Source of the DNA: Thecamonas trahens ATCC 50062
Taxonomy: Eukaryota; Protista; Apusomonadida
Direction of reading: 5' to 3'
Assembly (NCBI RefSeq): GCF_000142905.1
Contig: NW_013657671.1
Location: 310,001 to 374,000 of the forward strand
Length of the DNA: 64,000 nucleotides
The translations under genes and the position numbers were made by a program. Shown one piece after another: positions 11,291-22,067 of this stretch (position 1 is its first letter; each line of letters begins with the position of its first letter). A model generated the notes under the pieces. That model made no database searches, was not told where the DNA came from, and worked only from the letters and a program-made list of their open reading frames with translations.

Positions 11291-11567
11291 CTCCGTCGTA
11301 GACGAGGAAGAGCAGTGCCACGAGACTGGCGCTGGCGCGGGACCGAGACCGCACACCAAAGGCAGCGACGCAAAAAAAGTGGCTTCAGGTCAACTTCACC
11401 CGAACACTGACACCGACCAAGAAACCGAACGAGGCATTGACAACATTGTTCAAGATACAAACAGGGGAACACAAACGCAGACACAGGCCCGACAACTGCT
11501 GTCGTCCTCGCCGCGGGTCGTGGTCGCTCGTGACAGACGGTACTGCCATCAGCGCACAAGCAGGTTA

Positions 11568-13520
11568 CTACCGAACAGGCGACGGCGATGGCCGGATGAG
11601 GAAAGCGGTGTGGTCGAGGCCAGCCGTGGTATCGAGCTCGTGGCTCTCGTTGGCCCACGGCTCAACATCGTCCGGCACCACGTCGCGAACGCCCGGTCCG
11701 CCAGCCGCACTGCGCTTGCGAAGCTTGCGCTCCAGCGCCCGCTTGTCGCGGACGTACGATGCGTGGAGCGCGACAATCTCCTCGCGCAGCGTCTCGAACG
11801 CGATGTGCGGCGCCGAGTCCTTGAGCGCCAGTAGTGCTTCGCGGTGCTGCTCGAGCGTCGCGTGGTGCTTCTCACTCAAAAGGGCGTGCCGGTGCTGGAG
11901 CGCAGAGTGTTCGTCGCGGAGCTCGGTGTACGCTGCCGCCATGTCCGCCAGCCGCGCCTCCACCGCCTCGAGCGACCGCCGCATCTCATCGAGAGCCGTG
12001 TCATGCCCGGCCCGCGCCGAACGCACCTCGGCTTGCGCTGTGTGCAGCTCGTGCACCAGCCGCGCGTTGGTGTTTGTCAACGACCGAACCTCAGCAATCG
12101 CCGCTGCAAGCTGCGGGGACGCCTTGGCCGAGGCCTGTGCCACCGCCTCCACCTGCTCCTCGGTCTGAGTCTCAGACTCGCGCCGGTCAGTGGCCTCGGT
12201 TTGCGCAGCGGCTTCGGCAACAGCAGGCTGCTCAAAGACCGTGCGGCCTGAGAAGCTGATGCTCTGGCTAGTTTCGTCAGGCTGGACCACAGCCTGCGTC
12301 TCGTCTGCACCGACCTCGGTCTCGTCTCCACCAAGCTCGAACAACGCCGGAGCAAGGTAGGCGCCGAGATCCTGAACAAAGCTCTTCTCAGCCTCGCCAC
12401 CTGCATCGTCGCCTGCTTCTTCGCCTGCTTGTGCGATCATGCCACTCGCACCCCGCCTCGCTGCTGCCAGTTCTCCTTGGAGCTCATCCAGCCGCGCATC
12501 AAATGCGGCAGCCATCTCGGCCAGCGCGTGACCGCCCGACACGGTGTCCAACTGGCGCCGCGCCTCGTCCAAATCAGCCCGCAGTGCTGTGGCCGATGCC
12601 TGCAGCGCCGCAGCTGTAGCCTCGGCGTCACAGCTCCGCGCTGCGTACGTTTCAGCCCGTGCTTCAGCAGCCGCAGCGCGGGCCGACTCAGCCTCGACCT
12701 CTGAGCGAAGCTCGCGGAGCTTGGCAGTCTCGAGTGCTGCGCGCTGTTCGGCGTTGTACACACGTTCGTCGGCCTCGCGCGAGAGCGTCGCAAGCTGGGC
12801 CGCAAGCTTGTCGGCTCGTGCACCGCGCGACTTGGCCAGCACCGCCGCCGACGCAAGCGACTGGTTAAGACGCTCGATCTCGCGCTCCAAGGCGACAATC
12901 TGGTCCATGCGCTCGTCGTGGATGAGCCCAACCTGCATGCGGAGCTGAGAAACAGTCTCGTCACGCGCTGCCACGTGCATCCGCAGCTGGTCGCGCTCGA
13001 TGGTCACCATCTGTAGCTGCCGCCCGCGTAGCTCGGTCAGCGCCACTCCGGGCGGCGTCGCGTTGCGGGTCTGAAACAGCATCAGCTCCTCCTTGGCCGC
13101 GCCCGCCGCGCTCTGCGCCTCTGTCACCTCGCGCGCAGCCTGCGCGAGTTGCTCACGGAGCTTGTCGTTCTGGCTCAGCGTCCGCTGGAAGGTCAACTCG
13201 TTGGCGTAGAGCAGCGCGTTGAGCCGCGAGACCTCGCGCCGCAGAGCCACCTCATCCTGAAAGTGCGCCGGCGACGGCGCGTACGGCAGCGCATGCCCAT
13301 GCGCAATCTTGGCATCACCCTCTTCTTCTTGACCCTCTCCACTCGTTTCCTCGTCCTCGCTTCCTTCCACAGCGCTCCGCCCTGAAGCCGCCCGGGCCTC
13401 AGCAAGGACAGCAGCCGTAGAAACCAGGTCGGTACCTGGGGAGCCAAACACGCCCACGTCCTCCTCGGCCTCGCCCGCACGCAGCGCCTCTTCAAACGCA
13501 GCGTCCAAGCTCCGTGCCAT
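11568..13520 (-). CDS. Uncharacterised long coiled-coil protein
   Basis: From ATG 13520 (MARSLDAAFEEAL) an open frame of about 650 aa with heptad-rich A/E/R/L composition. The upstream extension of this ORF overlaps the CCDC148 gene and was discarded. Confidence 0.7.
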   Translation of the reverse strand: MARSLDAAFEEALRAGEAEEDVGVFGSPGTDLVSTAAVLAEARAASGRSAVEGSEDEETSGEGQEEEGDAKIAHGHALPYAPSPAHFQDEVALRREVSRLNALLYANELTFQRTLSQNDKLREQLAQAAREVTEAQSAAGAAKEELMLFQTRNATPPGVALTELRGRQLQMVTIERDQLRMHVAARDETVSQLRMQVGLIHDERMDQIVALEREIERLNQSLASAAVLAKSRGARADKLAAQLATLSREADERVYNAEQRAALETAKLRELRSEVEAESARAAAAEARAETYAARSCDAEATAAALQASATALRADLDEARRQLDTVSGGHALAEMAAAFDARLDELQGELAAARRGASGMIAQAGEEAGDDAGGEAEKSFVQDLGAYLAPALFELGGDETEVGADETQAVVQPDETSQSISFSGRTVFEQPAVAEAAAQTEATDRRESETQTEEQVEAVAQASAKASPQLAAAIAEVRSLTNTNARLVHELHTAQAEVRSARAGHDTALDEMRRSLEAVEARLADMAAAYTELRDEHSALQHRHALLSEKHHATLEQHREALLALKDSAPHIAFETLREEIVALHASYVRDKRALERKLRKRSAAGGPGVRDVVPDDVEPWANESHELDTTAGLDHTAFLIRPSPSPVR

Positions 13521-13818
13521 CCCCTTATTCCGTCTGCAGCCTTTATGCAGTATGCAGTGCGAGGAGTCTGGCTCTACTTGCTTCGCCTGTTCCGGTCCCC
13601 GTCGCCCTGCCCAGGCCGGCCGTCGGCTCTCCCCGCCCGCGCCAAACACCATTTTGGCGCTCCTTTGAGCACCACACCACCACCTGGCAGGCAGGCAGCG
13701 ACTGGCACTACTGCCGCCACCACCACCAGTTCGCAACACGAACACCAAACACACACACGAGCACACACACACGCCCGCGCACACATAGGTACCACCCCAC
13801 CGCAGTCTCTCCCTCCGC

Positions 13819-15555
13819 ATGTCTGGGCGAGACCGCCGGGCGCTGCTGGCTCTGTCGCGGGCAAGAGCCCGGTCGTCGCACGTCGCTGCCTTTGCCGACA
13901 AGCTCACCTCGGCCGCCCGCAAGGCCCGCAAGTCGACCACCACACGCAGAGCCCAGCGCCAGTGGATGATCCAAGCCGAGAAGTACACTCGCCAACGCGC
14001 CCAGCTTGAGGGCGAGCTCCGGATTGCCGCCGCCCGCATCGCCGCCACTGCCACCGATGTGGGGAAGCCCGACGACGCCGACAACGTCGACCTACCGCTC
14101 GATCTGGCGGAAGCCATTGCCGCCGCCACCATTAATGCTCCGCCGCTTCCACTCGACCGCATTCAGTACGCCCAAGCGCTCATCGCCCGCGGGGCATCGC
14201 TGACCGAGGCCCAAGCCGTCCGAGTTCGCCAAGCCCTCGACGACGCGCAAGCTGCCATCGATGCCAATCTGGTCATGCTCGAGCCGATCATCGAGCGCCT
14301 CGAGGCCTCCATTGCTGGGAACAACGACTCTCAACGCCCTTTTCCTGCTGTCTCTCGTGCGTATCTCTGCACCACTGTGGTGGGGAGCCTCCCACTAGAG
14401 CTGCGCGACATGCTCGAGCCTCGTCATGATGGAGCTCCGGACGAGCATGGGGTCCGCGCTGACGCCACATCTGAGCTTGCTGCGCTTGCCTCGTCGTATG
14501 CATATCGCGAAGCTCGGCTTGGCCAGCGATTCGCCGACGTGCTGGCACTGTGGCCGCGCGCCGGTTGGTCGCTCCGCGATCATGCTGTGTTCGAAAAAGA
14601 GTACGACGAAGCACCAAGATCCAACCCACACTGGCGCCGAGACCTGTTTGAGCGGCTGCATCTACTCCTTCCACACCAGTCCCACAACGCCTGTGTCATC
14701 CACGAGACCTTTGTTCGCCGCGCCAAGGTCTTTCATTCGCTCCACGCCACTCTCCTTGCCGGGCTAGCCAGCGATGTCGAAGAGCTGGCCGCAGCAGCGC
14801 TGCGGTCCGAAACGGAGGCTCAGGCTGCTGCTGCTGCTGCTCAAGCAGCAGCGGACGACCTCGCCGCGTTTGATCGTCTGCGCCGGGTCTGGCATGCCGA
14901 GCTGGCCAAGTGGCGCGAGATCGCCAACGAACGTGCGGCAGCAGAAGCCGCTGAACAAGCTGCCGCCGATCAAGCAGCTGCTCAGGCTGCAGCAGAGCAG
15001 GTCGCTCGCGAGAACGCACGTCGTGCCAAAGAGGCTGAGCGTCTGGCCCGATACGCTGCTGACAAGGCTGCCGCGGCTCGCGACGCCGCGCGCGCCGAAG
15101 AACGCGCTGCTGCCGCGGCCAAAGCCGCCAAGGCCGCCGCTCGCCGCTCAAACGCCCCACGCGTCGCATATCGCGCGGCAGAGTTTAAGCGCAAGGTGGC
15201 CAGCCGCAAGGCTGCCGCCGCTGCCAAGGCTGCCGCCGATGCCGCCCGCGACGAACGACTCCATGCCCTCGCCAGTGAGGTCGCCCCGCACGTCGCCCCT
15301 GATCCCAAGCGCTTGATCCAGCCCACGGCTGCCTGGCAGGCCCACAAAGATGCGCAGACGCAAAAGCCGCTCTTCAAGGCGCCGGCTGGCTACACTAATG
15401 TTCAAGTCTTTCAAGACGAGCGCGCTCGCATCGGCTACGCCCTTGCTTCAGCCGGTCTCCAGACCTCGGACTATGCCCGTTTCGTTCTTCAATCCGCCGC
15501 TCCTGCTACTATCCCGCGCCCTGACAGCTTCTCCACCTTTGAACGAGCCGCGTAG
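13819..15555 (+). CDS. CCDC148: CCDC148-like coiled-coil protein
   Basis: The C-terminal GYTNVQVFQDERARIGYALASAGLQTSDYARFVL and APHVAPDPKRLIQPT resemble the conserved CCDC148 tail. Internal GWSLRDHAVFEK..LFERLHLLLP segment. Confidence 0.7.
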   Translation: MSGRDRRALLALSRARARSSHVAAFADKLTSAARKARKSTTTRRAQRQWMIQAEKYTRQRAQLEGELRIAAARIAATATDVGKPDDADNVDLPLDLAEAIAAATINAPPLPLDRIQYAQALIARGASLTEAQAVRVRQALDDAQAAIDANLVMLEPIIERLEASIAGNNDSQRPFPAVSRAYLCTTVVGSLPLELRDMLEPRHDGAPDEHGVRADATSELAALASSYAYREARLGQRFADVLALWPRAGWSLRDHAVFEKEYDEAPRSNPHWRRDLFERLHLLLPHQSHNACVIHETFVRRAKVFHSLHATLLAGLASDVEELAAAALRSETEAQAAAAAAQAAADDLAAFDRLRRVWHAELAKWREIANERAAAEAAEQAAADQAAAQAAAEQVARENARRAKEAERLARYAADKAAAARDAARAEERAAAAAKAAKAAARRSNAPRVAYRAAEFKRKVASRKAAAAAKAAADAARDERLHALASEVAPHVAPDPKRLIQPTAAWQAHKDAQTQKPLFKAPAGYTNVQVFQDERARIGYALASAGLQTSDYARFVLQSAAPATIPRPDSFSTFERAA

Positions 15556-15705
15556 CAAACTTACAGCCTGCAGTTGCCAAGCCGCAGAATCGAAAACGGA
15601 GCGATAGAAGATCACCGTGCAGACGTCACCCGCTCCCCCCCCCCCTCCCACACACACTCTGACAGACCTTCAGAAGTCTCCACAAAGCATACCGCTCTGC
15701 CGACC

Positions 15706-18700
15706 ATGGACTCTAAGCACGCGGTCAACAAGGGCAAGGAGGAGGGAGAAGGGGCGAGCGCAAGTCCTCAGCGCAAGCCTATGGTGTTCAAGTTCGGCTC
15801 GGGTGGGGCCAAGTCGCGGTTCTCGTCGGCGTCGCCAGCGTCGCGCTTCGGCTCGGCCTCACCGTCTGCGGCGTCCGAGGGCGGGGCTGACAAGGCAAGC
15901 CGGGTCTCGGCCAAGGCAGCGGGCAAGGAAGCTGACGAGTACTCGAGCGGAGGACTCAGCGAGTCGGACGATGGCGGCGAGGAGCCTGGAGCCGACGAGC
16001 CTGGAGGCGTGGAGGCGAGCGGGGCGATGGCCGGCGCCGGTGCCTACACATCGCCGTCTGTCCCGGCAACGACCTTTGTTTTTGACTCGTCGCCGACGGC
16101 GATGTTTGCGCCCAAGGCAGCGATGTTTGCGAAGCCCGGCGCTGGCGGTCGTGGCGACCAAGGCAGGCCCAAAACGCTGGCGGAGCGGAAGTCGGCGTCT
16201 GCCAAAAAGGCTGCGGCGCCCGTGGCTGCGGCGCAGCTTGTGGACGTCAGCCGCACCTCGCACATGGACTACCTCCACAACCGCGATGTCAACGGTCAGC
16301 TTGTGGCGGTTCCCGTCTCGCAGGGCCAGGGCAGCAAGGTGTTCCACCTCTCGTCGCGCGATCTCAAGTTCATTCCGCAGCAAGTCTTCCAGAACCCGGA
16401 CGTCACCGCGCTTGTGCTCTCGCGCAATCCGCTCGGCTCCCTCCCGGACACCCTGTTCAAGCTCAGCAAGCTGACAGAGCTTAACGTCAGCAAGTGCGCT
16501 CTCGAGTCGCTCCCCGAGGGGCTCGGTCATCTGACATCGCTCACTGAGCTCTCTGTGTCGGACAACAAGCTGAGGTCGCTGCCCCAGAGCATTGGCAAGC
16601 TCAAGGCACTCACAGTGTTGCGTGCCAGCAACTGCATGTTGTTGCGGCTTCCGCACTCGATGGCCAGCCTGATCAAGCTGGAGACGCTGGATCTCCGGGG
16701 CAACAAGCTCCAGGAGCTCGACCCGTATGTGGTTCGCCACTGGACTGCGCTCACACGCCTCGACATCTCGGATAACAAGCCGGACGTGGCTTCGAGTGCG
16801 GCGGAAGCTGACGCATATGAGCCGATTCTGGCGTCGCACTGCCACAGCCAGGTCACAAGCGGCCTCTCGTTTGTCGGCTGCATGGTGTGCAAGTCTACTG
16901 CCAAGCTGTACAAGTGCCTTGTGTGCACCGAGGGGCGGCTGCTTTGTGAGGTCTGCCTCAACGAGCCGGAGCGGGTGGCGGCCGAGACACTGGTACTTGG
17001 CGGCGGCGTGGCTGAGGCAACTGTGAGTGACGAGTACCTCGTGACGGGGCTCTCGTTCTTTGCAAATGTTGAGGACGAGCTATTCCAGCGCAAGGCTGCC
17101 CAGTTTGACCTGCCTACCACGCTTGACTCGCTTGTCGAGCTCAAGGAGCTGAATGTGTCTCATTGTGGGTTCCGCTCGCTCCCGGCCGGGATCGGAGCGC
17201 TGACAGCACTTCATACGCTCGATGTCCGCCACTCGAGGCTGCAGACGCTTCCGGCTGAGATCGGCGGGCTGTGCTCGCTTCTTGCGCTCCGCGTGGCGCA
17301 CTGCGGCCTTGCTGTGCTGCCGGACGTGTTTGGGTCGTTCACTGTCATGACAAGCCTTGAGGTGCAGGGCAATCACCTCGCATCACTGCCGGGCTCTATC
17401 GTGGCGCTCGAAAAGCTCCGGACGCTCGACGTGTCGTCGAACCAGCTGTACTCGTTCCCGGCCGGCTTTGCACCGCCGGCCATCGAGGTGGTCGACGTCT
17501 CGCACAACCGGCTCCGCAAGCTCAGCGACTTTGAAGCGCTGCTGGCGGTGCCTGCACTGCGGCAGTTTGTGGCGTCGCACAACCAGATTGCCGAGTTTCC
17601 GGTGAGTGCGTGGCTGAAGGGCACAGTCTCGGTGCTAGACCTCTCGTACAATGTCATCTCGGACGTGCCTGCTGTGGCCGGCGAGCTCTCGCCGAGCCAG
17701 GAGATAAGCGTGCGGAGCCTGTCGGCACGGACGCTGCGGCTGGATGGCAACCTGTTGACCCGGCTCCCGCGGCTGATGACCTCATCGCTTTTCACCGTCG
17801 GACACAACTCACTGACGCCGTCGATGGAGGAACATGTCAACACGTATCTTATCAACGTGGGGCGGGTTCTGCGGCAAGGCGGCAATATCGAGCTCTTTAC
17901 GCCGGCGTACATCCAGGCCGAGCGCGGGCTGCAGGCTGCGGTGCTATACGAAGTCGTCCAGCTTGTGATCCACACGATAGCGCTCTCACCACAGGCGGCG
18001 GTGCTCTCGCCTGACCATGTTCCGCTTGCCGAGTTTACGTGGTCAGGCGACGACAAGCTGGACAAGTTCATGTGGCTCATGTGGCATTTGCCAGCCGAGC
18101 TGCGGTACATGACGGCGACGGCGGCGTGTGACGCACCAGGCTTCTCGTTTGGCTCGAACACGTTCCGAATGGCGCGGCTGCATGTGGCGCGGGTCCTGCA
18201 GTCTGTCAACGAGACTGCGCTAGAGTTTGTGGTCTGCTCCGTGTTTCCGGCCTACCTGGGCCGGCACTCGTACGTCACACTCATCATTGTGATGCGCAAG
18301 GCGGCGATCAAGGCGGCGTTGGCCACGCTCTTCAAGTTTGCACACTGGCTGCAGCTGACCGAGGTGCATCGGAACCGGCTGTTGCAGGCCTTTATCGTCG
18401 CTCGTAACTCCCAGCTTGTCCCGCTGCTCGACACCATCACCGCCAGCAGCAGCGACGCACCGGCCACGGTTCTAGGCCTCACGCCATTTGTCGAAGTCCA
18501 GCTCCCGGCCATGAGGGCCCGGGTGCAAGGTCTCATTCCGCAGATACCCGTCTACGGCAAGAACGGCATCCTCCCCGACCTGGAGCCGGTCGTCTCGGGC
18601 TCCGAGATGCTCATTGGCGCTGAAGGACCGAATGCGACTGGGCGACAGACCGGCCTCGAGGGCTCGGCTGTCAAGGCTATTCTCAGCGAAGCCGTCGCTC

Positions 18701-18783
18701 TGGTCACGGTTGAGGTGGTGGCGCGGTACATCGCAAGTCTCAACTACTCGATTTCCAAGGCCTCGGGGCCTGCGAGACGTTAA
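15706..18783 (+). CDS. Leucine-rich-repeat protein with an inserted ZZ-like Zn finger
   Basis: Many LxxLxLxxNxLxxLP repeats in two blocks, a disordered N-terminus and a helical C-terminal region. First ATG is at 15706. Confidence 0.85.
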   Translation: MDSKHAVNKGKEEGEGASASPQRKPMVFKFGSGGAKSRFSSASPASRFGSASPSAASEGGADKASRVSAKAAGKEADEYSSGGLSESDDGGEEPGADEPGGVEASGAMAGAGAYTSPSVPATTFVFDSSPTAMFAPKAAMFAKPGAGGRGDQGRPKTLAERKSASAKKAAAPVAAAQLVDVSRTSHMDYLHNRDVNGQLVAVPVSQGQGSKVFHLSSRDLKFIPQQVFQNPDVTALVLSRNPLGSLPDTLFKLSKLTELNVSKCALESLPEGLGHLTSLTELSVSDNKLRSLPQSIGKLKALTVLRASNCMLLRLPHSMASLIKLETLDLRGNKLQELDPYVVRHWTALTRLDISDNKPDVASSAAEADAYEPILASHCHSQVTSGLSFVGCMVCKSTAKLYKCLVCTEGRLLCEVCLNEPERVAAETLVLGGGVAEATVSDEYLVTGLSFFANVEDELFQRKAAQFDLPTTLDSLVELKELNVSHCGFRSLPAGIGALTALHTLDVRHSRLQTLPAEIGGLCSLLALRVAHCGLAVLPDVFGSFTVMTSLEVQGNHLASLPGSIVALEKLRTLDVSSNQLYSFPAGFAPPAIEVVDVSHNRLRKLSDFEALLAVPALRQFVASHNQIAEFPVSAWLKGTVSVLDLSYNVISDVPAVAGELSPSQEISVRSLSARTLRLDGNLLTRLPRLMTSSLFTVGHNSLTPSMEEHVNTYLINVGRVLRQGGNIELFTPAYIQAERGLQAAVLYEVVQLVIHTIALSPQAAVLSPDHVPLAEFTWSGDDKLDKFMWLMWHLPAELRYMTATAACDAPGFSFGSNTFRMARLHVARVLQSVNETALEFVVCSVFPAYLGRHSYVTLIIVMRKAAIKAALATLFKFAHWLQLTEVHRNRLLQAFIVARNSQLVPLLDTITASSSDAPATVLGLTPFVEVQLPAMRARVQGLIPQIPVYGKNGILPDLEPVVSGSEMLIGAEGPNATGRQTGLEGSAVKAILSEAVALVTVEVVARYIASLNYSISKASGPARR

Positions 18784-19388
18784 ATCAATGCAGCCTTGGG
18801 CTGAGTGTACAGATCGCGGGCCCAGACCTTGTAGCCGCTGCTGGCGACGGTGAGCGGGAGCAGCTGGACACCAGTCGAGTCGCGGAGCGAGACTTCGAGG
18901 AGGTCGAGCCGTGCGACGGCGTCGTTGTACTCTGCAATGGCGGCGTCGATGTCGCGGGCAAGCCGCGCAGCGCGGGCATCCAGAACATTAAACGCCACGT
19001 TGTGTGGGAGCCGGGCGGCAACGAGGCCGGTCACTGGGGCGTCGACCCACTTGAGGCCCGGCTCGATGTTGCGCGGATCGGCGAGGTCCACGTGGTCCGC
19101 CGCCGGCCCGTCTGCGGCGGCGATGGCAGCCGATGCGTCGACATCCTCCGTCGAGAGGGCGGTGTGGAGCGAGACAAAAGCATGCCGCCGCGGCGGCTGC
19201 GGAAGCGCCCTCAGCGCCCGTCCTGCATCGCCCAGCCTGCTCTGAGTCGTCCGCAGCGCGGCGAGCTTGTGGCGGGCGGCCTCGGCAACCTCCCGCTGGT
19301 ACTCGATGCGGGCAAAGAGGTGGTGCAGGACCTCGAGCGGGTCATTGCTCTCGGCTCCCGGTGGCGGCTGGTCGGGTGCAGAGCTCAT
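18780..19388 (-). CDS. PDRG1: PDRG1-like prefoldin-family protein
   Basis: Helix, loop, helix layout: VLHHLFARIEYQREVAEAARHKLAALR..ALRAL ... ARLPHNVAFNVLDARAARLARDID, resembling PDRG1/beta-prefoldins. Confidence 0.55.
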   Translation of the reverse strand: MSSAPDQPPPGAESNDPLEVLHHLFARIEYQREVAEAARHKLAALRTTQSRLGDAGRALRALPQPPRRHAFVSLHTALSTEDVDASAAIAAADGPAADHVDLADPRNIEPGLKWVDAPVTGLVAARLPHNVAFNVLDARAARLARDIDAAIAEYNDAVARLDLLEVSLRDSTGVQLLPLTVASSGYKVWARDLYTQPKAALI

Positions 19389-19825
19389 GAGGTGCAAGTA
19401 CGTGAGAATGAGAGGCGAGAGAGGGATGCGTGCGGGTGTGGCTGTGGCGATGGCCAATGATGGACGACTGCGGTGGGCGCCAGCCAGGCACGGGTATCGT
19501 CGTCACCTGGGGCGCCAAGGTGCGGGCAATCGGCTGTGATCTGAGGTTTCGGAGCCGGAGCGTAGCAAAGTAAAAGGGTCAAAGAAACACATGGACATAA
19601 CTGATGGTGATGATGACGTCTTACGGGTTCGCTCTGTGTGTGTGTGTGTGGCCCGCTGAGCCGGAGCCTGGTGCCATGAGCCAGCGGCGGCCGGGCATTG
19701 GCTGGCGACTCCCTGGCCGTGCATCACTAGCCGTTGCACGGCAGAGAGGACGGGGGAGGAGAAGGGGAACAGGCAGTAGTCAGTTCGAGACCTGACTCGA
19801 CTTCTCCGGCGCGGCTGTCTTGTCT

Positions 19826-20885
19826 ATGAGACCTGATGCGCTCCCTACAGTGCCTGCACCGTCGTCGTCGTCATGGTCGTCGGCGTCGTACACAGGCTCT
19901 GGCTCAGCCGGTACGCCCCGCCAATATCCCTTCCCCCCCTCCCCTCCCCTCCCCCCCCTTCCCCTGCCTTTACTCACTCTCGGCATGCGCAGAGCTGGAG
20001 GACGTCGTTCCGCGGGTAGCACGGTCGGCACAGGCAGGCGCGGGTGAGAACAAGCCCCAGCCGCCCGAGTATGTCGAGCCACAGCGTGACAGGTTTGGGC
20101 GGCTGGTGGGCGGGCGGTACGCGCCCAAGCACACCAGGCGCAAGTCACGGACAATCGGAACAGCGGCGGCGGCGGGGAGAGCATCGGCTGGCGCGATTGG
20201 TGCAGCAGCAGGCGGTGATGGTGGTGCCGGAGGCGTCGACGAGCCGCAGGCAAAGCGCAACAAGCGGGTGCGGCGGAGCAAGGGAGGGCGATCGACGGCG
20301 GCGTCACGGGCGGCGGTTGCTGAGCCGGCCGAAGCCGAGCAAGTACCTGCAGTGACGCGGCGAATGGCAGAGCCCAAAGCCAAGCTGGATTGCGGAGACT
20401 GGATCCGCATCGGGGTCGCCACCACGGTGTTTGTGTTCAACCTCGTGGTCTTTATCACCTGCTCGGCCATTCTGTACGTCAACTACGACGATCCATGCGA
20501 CAAAAAGATCAACATTGGACTGGCCCTCCTTGCCACCTGGTTTGGCATGCTGACCTGCACTTCGTTGGGCCTCTTCTACGCCCGCATCCGCGCCGTGATG
20601 ACCAAGACCTCGCTGCCGCCGTCGTCATCGTCGCCGGGCGAGGCCCGAATGACCGCCAAGGTCTACCACACGGCGTGCATGCTCTCCACTGCCGTCGTCG
20701 CCGCCTCGATGGTCCTTGTTGCCGGAATCTCGTCGATCTTTGTCTTTACCTCGTCCGAGGCCAAGTGCGACACTGGCCTCTACAACGCCGGCTACTACTA
20801 CACCCTCATCGCCTTTGGCGAGTCTGGTGCGTGGATGCTCGCCATGGGCTGCCTGTTTTGCTTCCACTACCTCGACACCATGTAG
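19826..20885 (+). CDS. Four-TM membrane protein with a basic, disordered N-terminus
   Basis: Phase-consistent intron 19911..19992 (GTACGC...CAG). Four hydrophobic segments with loop cysteines (DDPCDKK, AKCDTGLY). Confidence 0.65.
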
Positions 20886-21052
20886 CGTACTCGATTACAA
20901 TGTGGCCTACACACCTTACCTTTTAATCCGTCCACGCCGCCGTCCACGCCTGCCCATCGCAGGCGACCACCGCCACCCCCAAGCCAACCCTCCCTACCCA
21001 CCCCCACCTCCCGCACCCAACATCCAGGCCCACCCCTCTCCCTCTCTCCACA

Positions 21053-21845
21053 ATGCCCACCCCCACCACTGTCCAGGTACGGCCCCTCCCTCTTTCCCCT
21101 CCCCTTTGCCTCCCTTCCCTCCCCGTCTCCTCCCATGCCCATACCCATGTCGCGCGGCCTAATTTTCTCCCCGCCACAGCCGCCGACCTCCCCCTCCCCT
21201 TCCTCCCCCCTCCCCCCTCGTGCAGCCCACGTCCACCCCACCACCGCTACCCCATATACCCTGTCCTTTCTCTCGTATCCCTCCCCTTCCCCCTCCCCCC
21301 CCCCCCCCGTCAGTTGATNNNNNNNNNNNNNNNNNNNNNNNNNNNNNNNNNNNNNNNNNNNNNNNNNNNNNNNNNNNNNNNNNNNNNNNNNNNNNNNNNN
21401 NNNNNNNNNNNNNNNNNNNNNNNNNNNNNNNNNNNNNNNNNNNNNNNNNNNNNNNNNNNNNNNNNNNNNNNNNNNNNNNNNNNNNNNNNNNNNNNNNNNN
21501 NNNNNNNNNNNNNNNNNNNNNNNNNNNNNNNNNNNNNNNNNNNNNNNNNNNNNNNNNNNNNNNNNNNNNNNNNNNNNNNNNNNNNNNNNNNNNNNNNNNN
21601 NNNNNNNNNNGATGAGCCCCCCCCTGCGGAAAATTTTTTTAAAAATAGTTTTTCCCCCCCACCCCACCCGCGCGTGATGGATCCAGTTCGCCCGCTACGC
21701 CGCCTTCACCGCAGGCCTCGTCTACGGTGTCGTCCGCCACTCGTCGCTCGCCTCGCACGTCGCTGCTGAGAAGAGCCTTGCTGCCTCGGGTGATGTCTGG
21801 TGGTCGGCTCAGGACGGTGAGAAGCAGGCTGATGGCCATCACTAA
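21053..21845 (+). CDS. ATP5ME: Mitochondrial ATP synthase subunit e (60 aa, 2 exons)
   Basis: Exon 1 21053..21076 (MPTPTTVQ), intron GTACGG 21077..21686 CAG spanning an N gap, exon 2 21687..21845 (FARYAAFTAGLVYGVVRHSSLASHVAAEK...HH*). Matches the subunit e pattern RYxAxxxGxxYG. Confidence 0.8.
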
Positions 21846-22067
21846 GATGGCACCTGGCCCGGCCTTCCTACCGTCGCCGGCCCGCCTCTTGTGCCAACGC
21901 TTCTCGGTGCAACAAACACACAACACACACACACACACACACACGCGCACATATGATGATGATGAGAATGATGACGGGATGACGGCACCCTTCCTGCACT
22001 ACACACGACTCTGGTTGCATATATTTGATCAGGTTGCTTGCGGGGGGGGGGGGGGGGAGGGGAGGAG

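Noticed and set aside
13521-14162. N-terminal extension of the 864-aa minus-strand ORF
   Set aside because: It overlaps the CCDC148 CDS and a CA-repeat promoter region. Coding-like composition begins only at ATG 13520.
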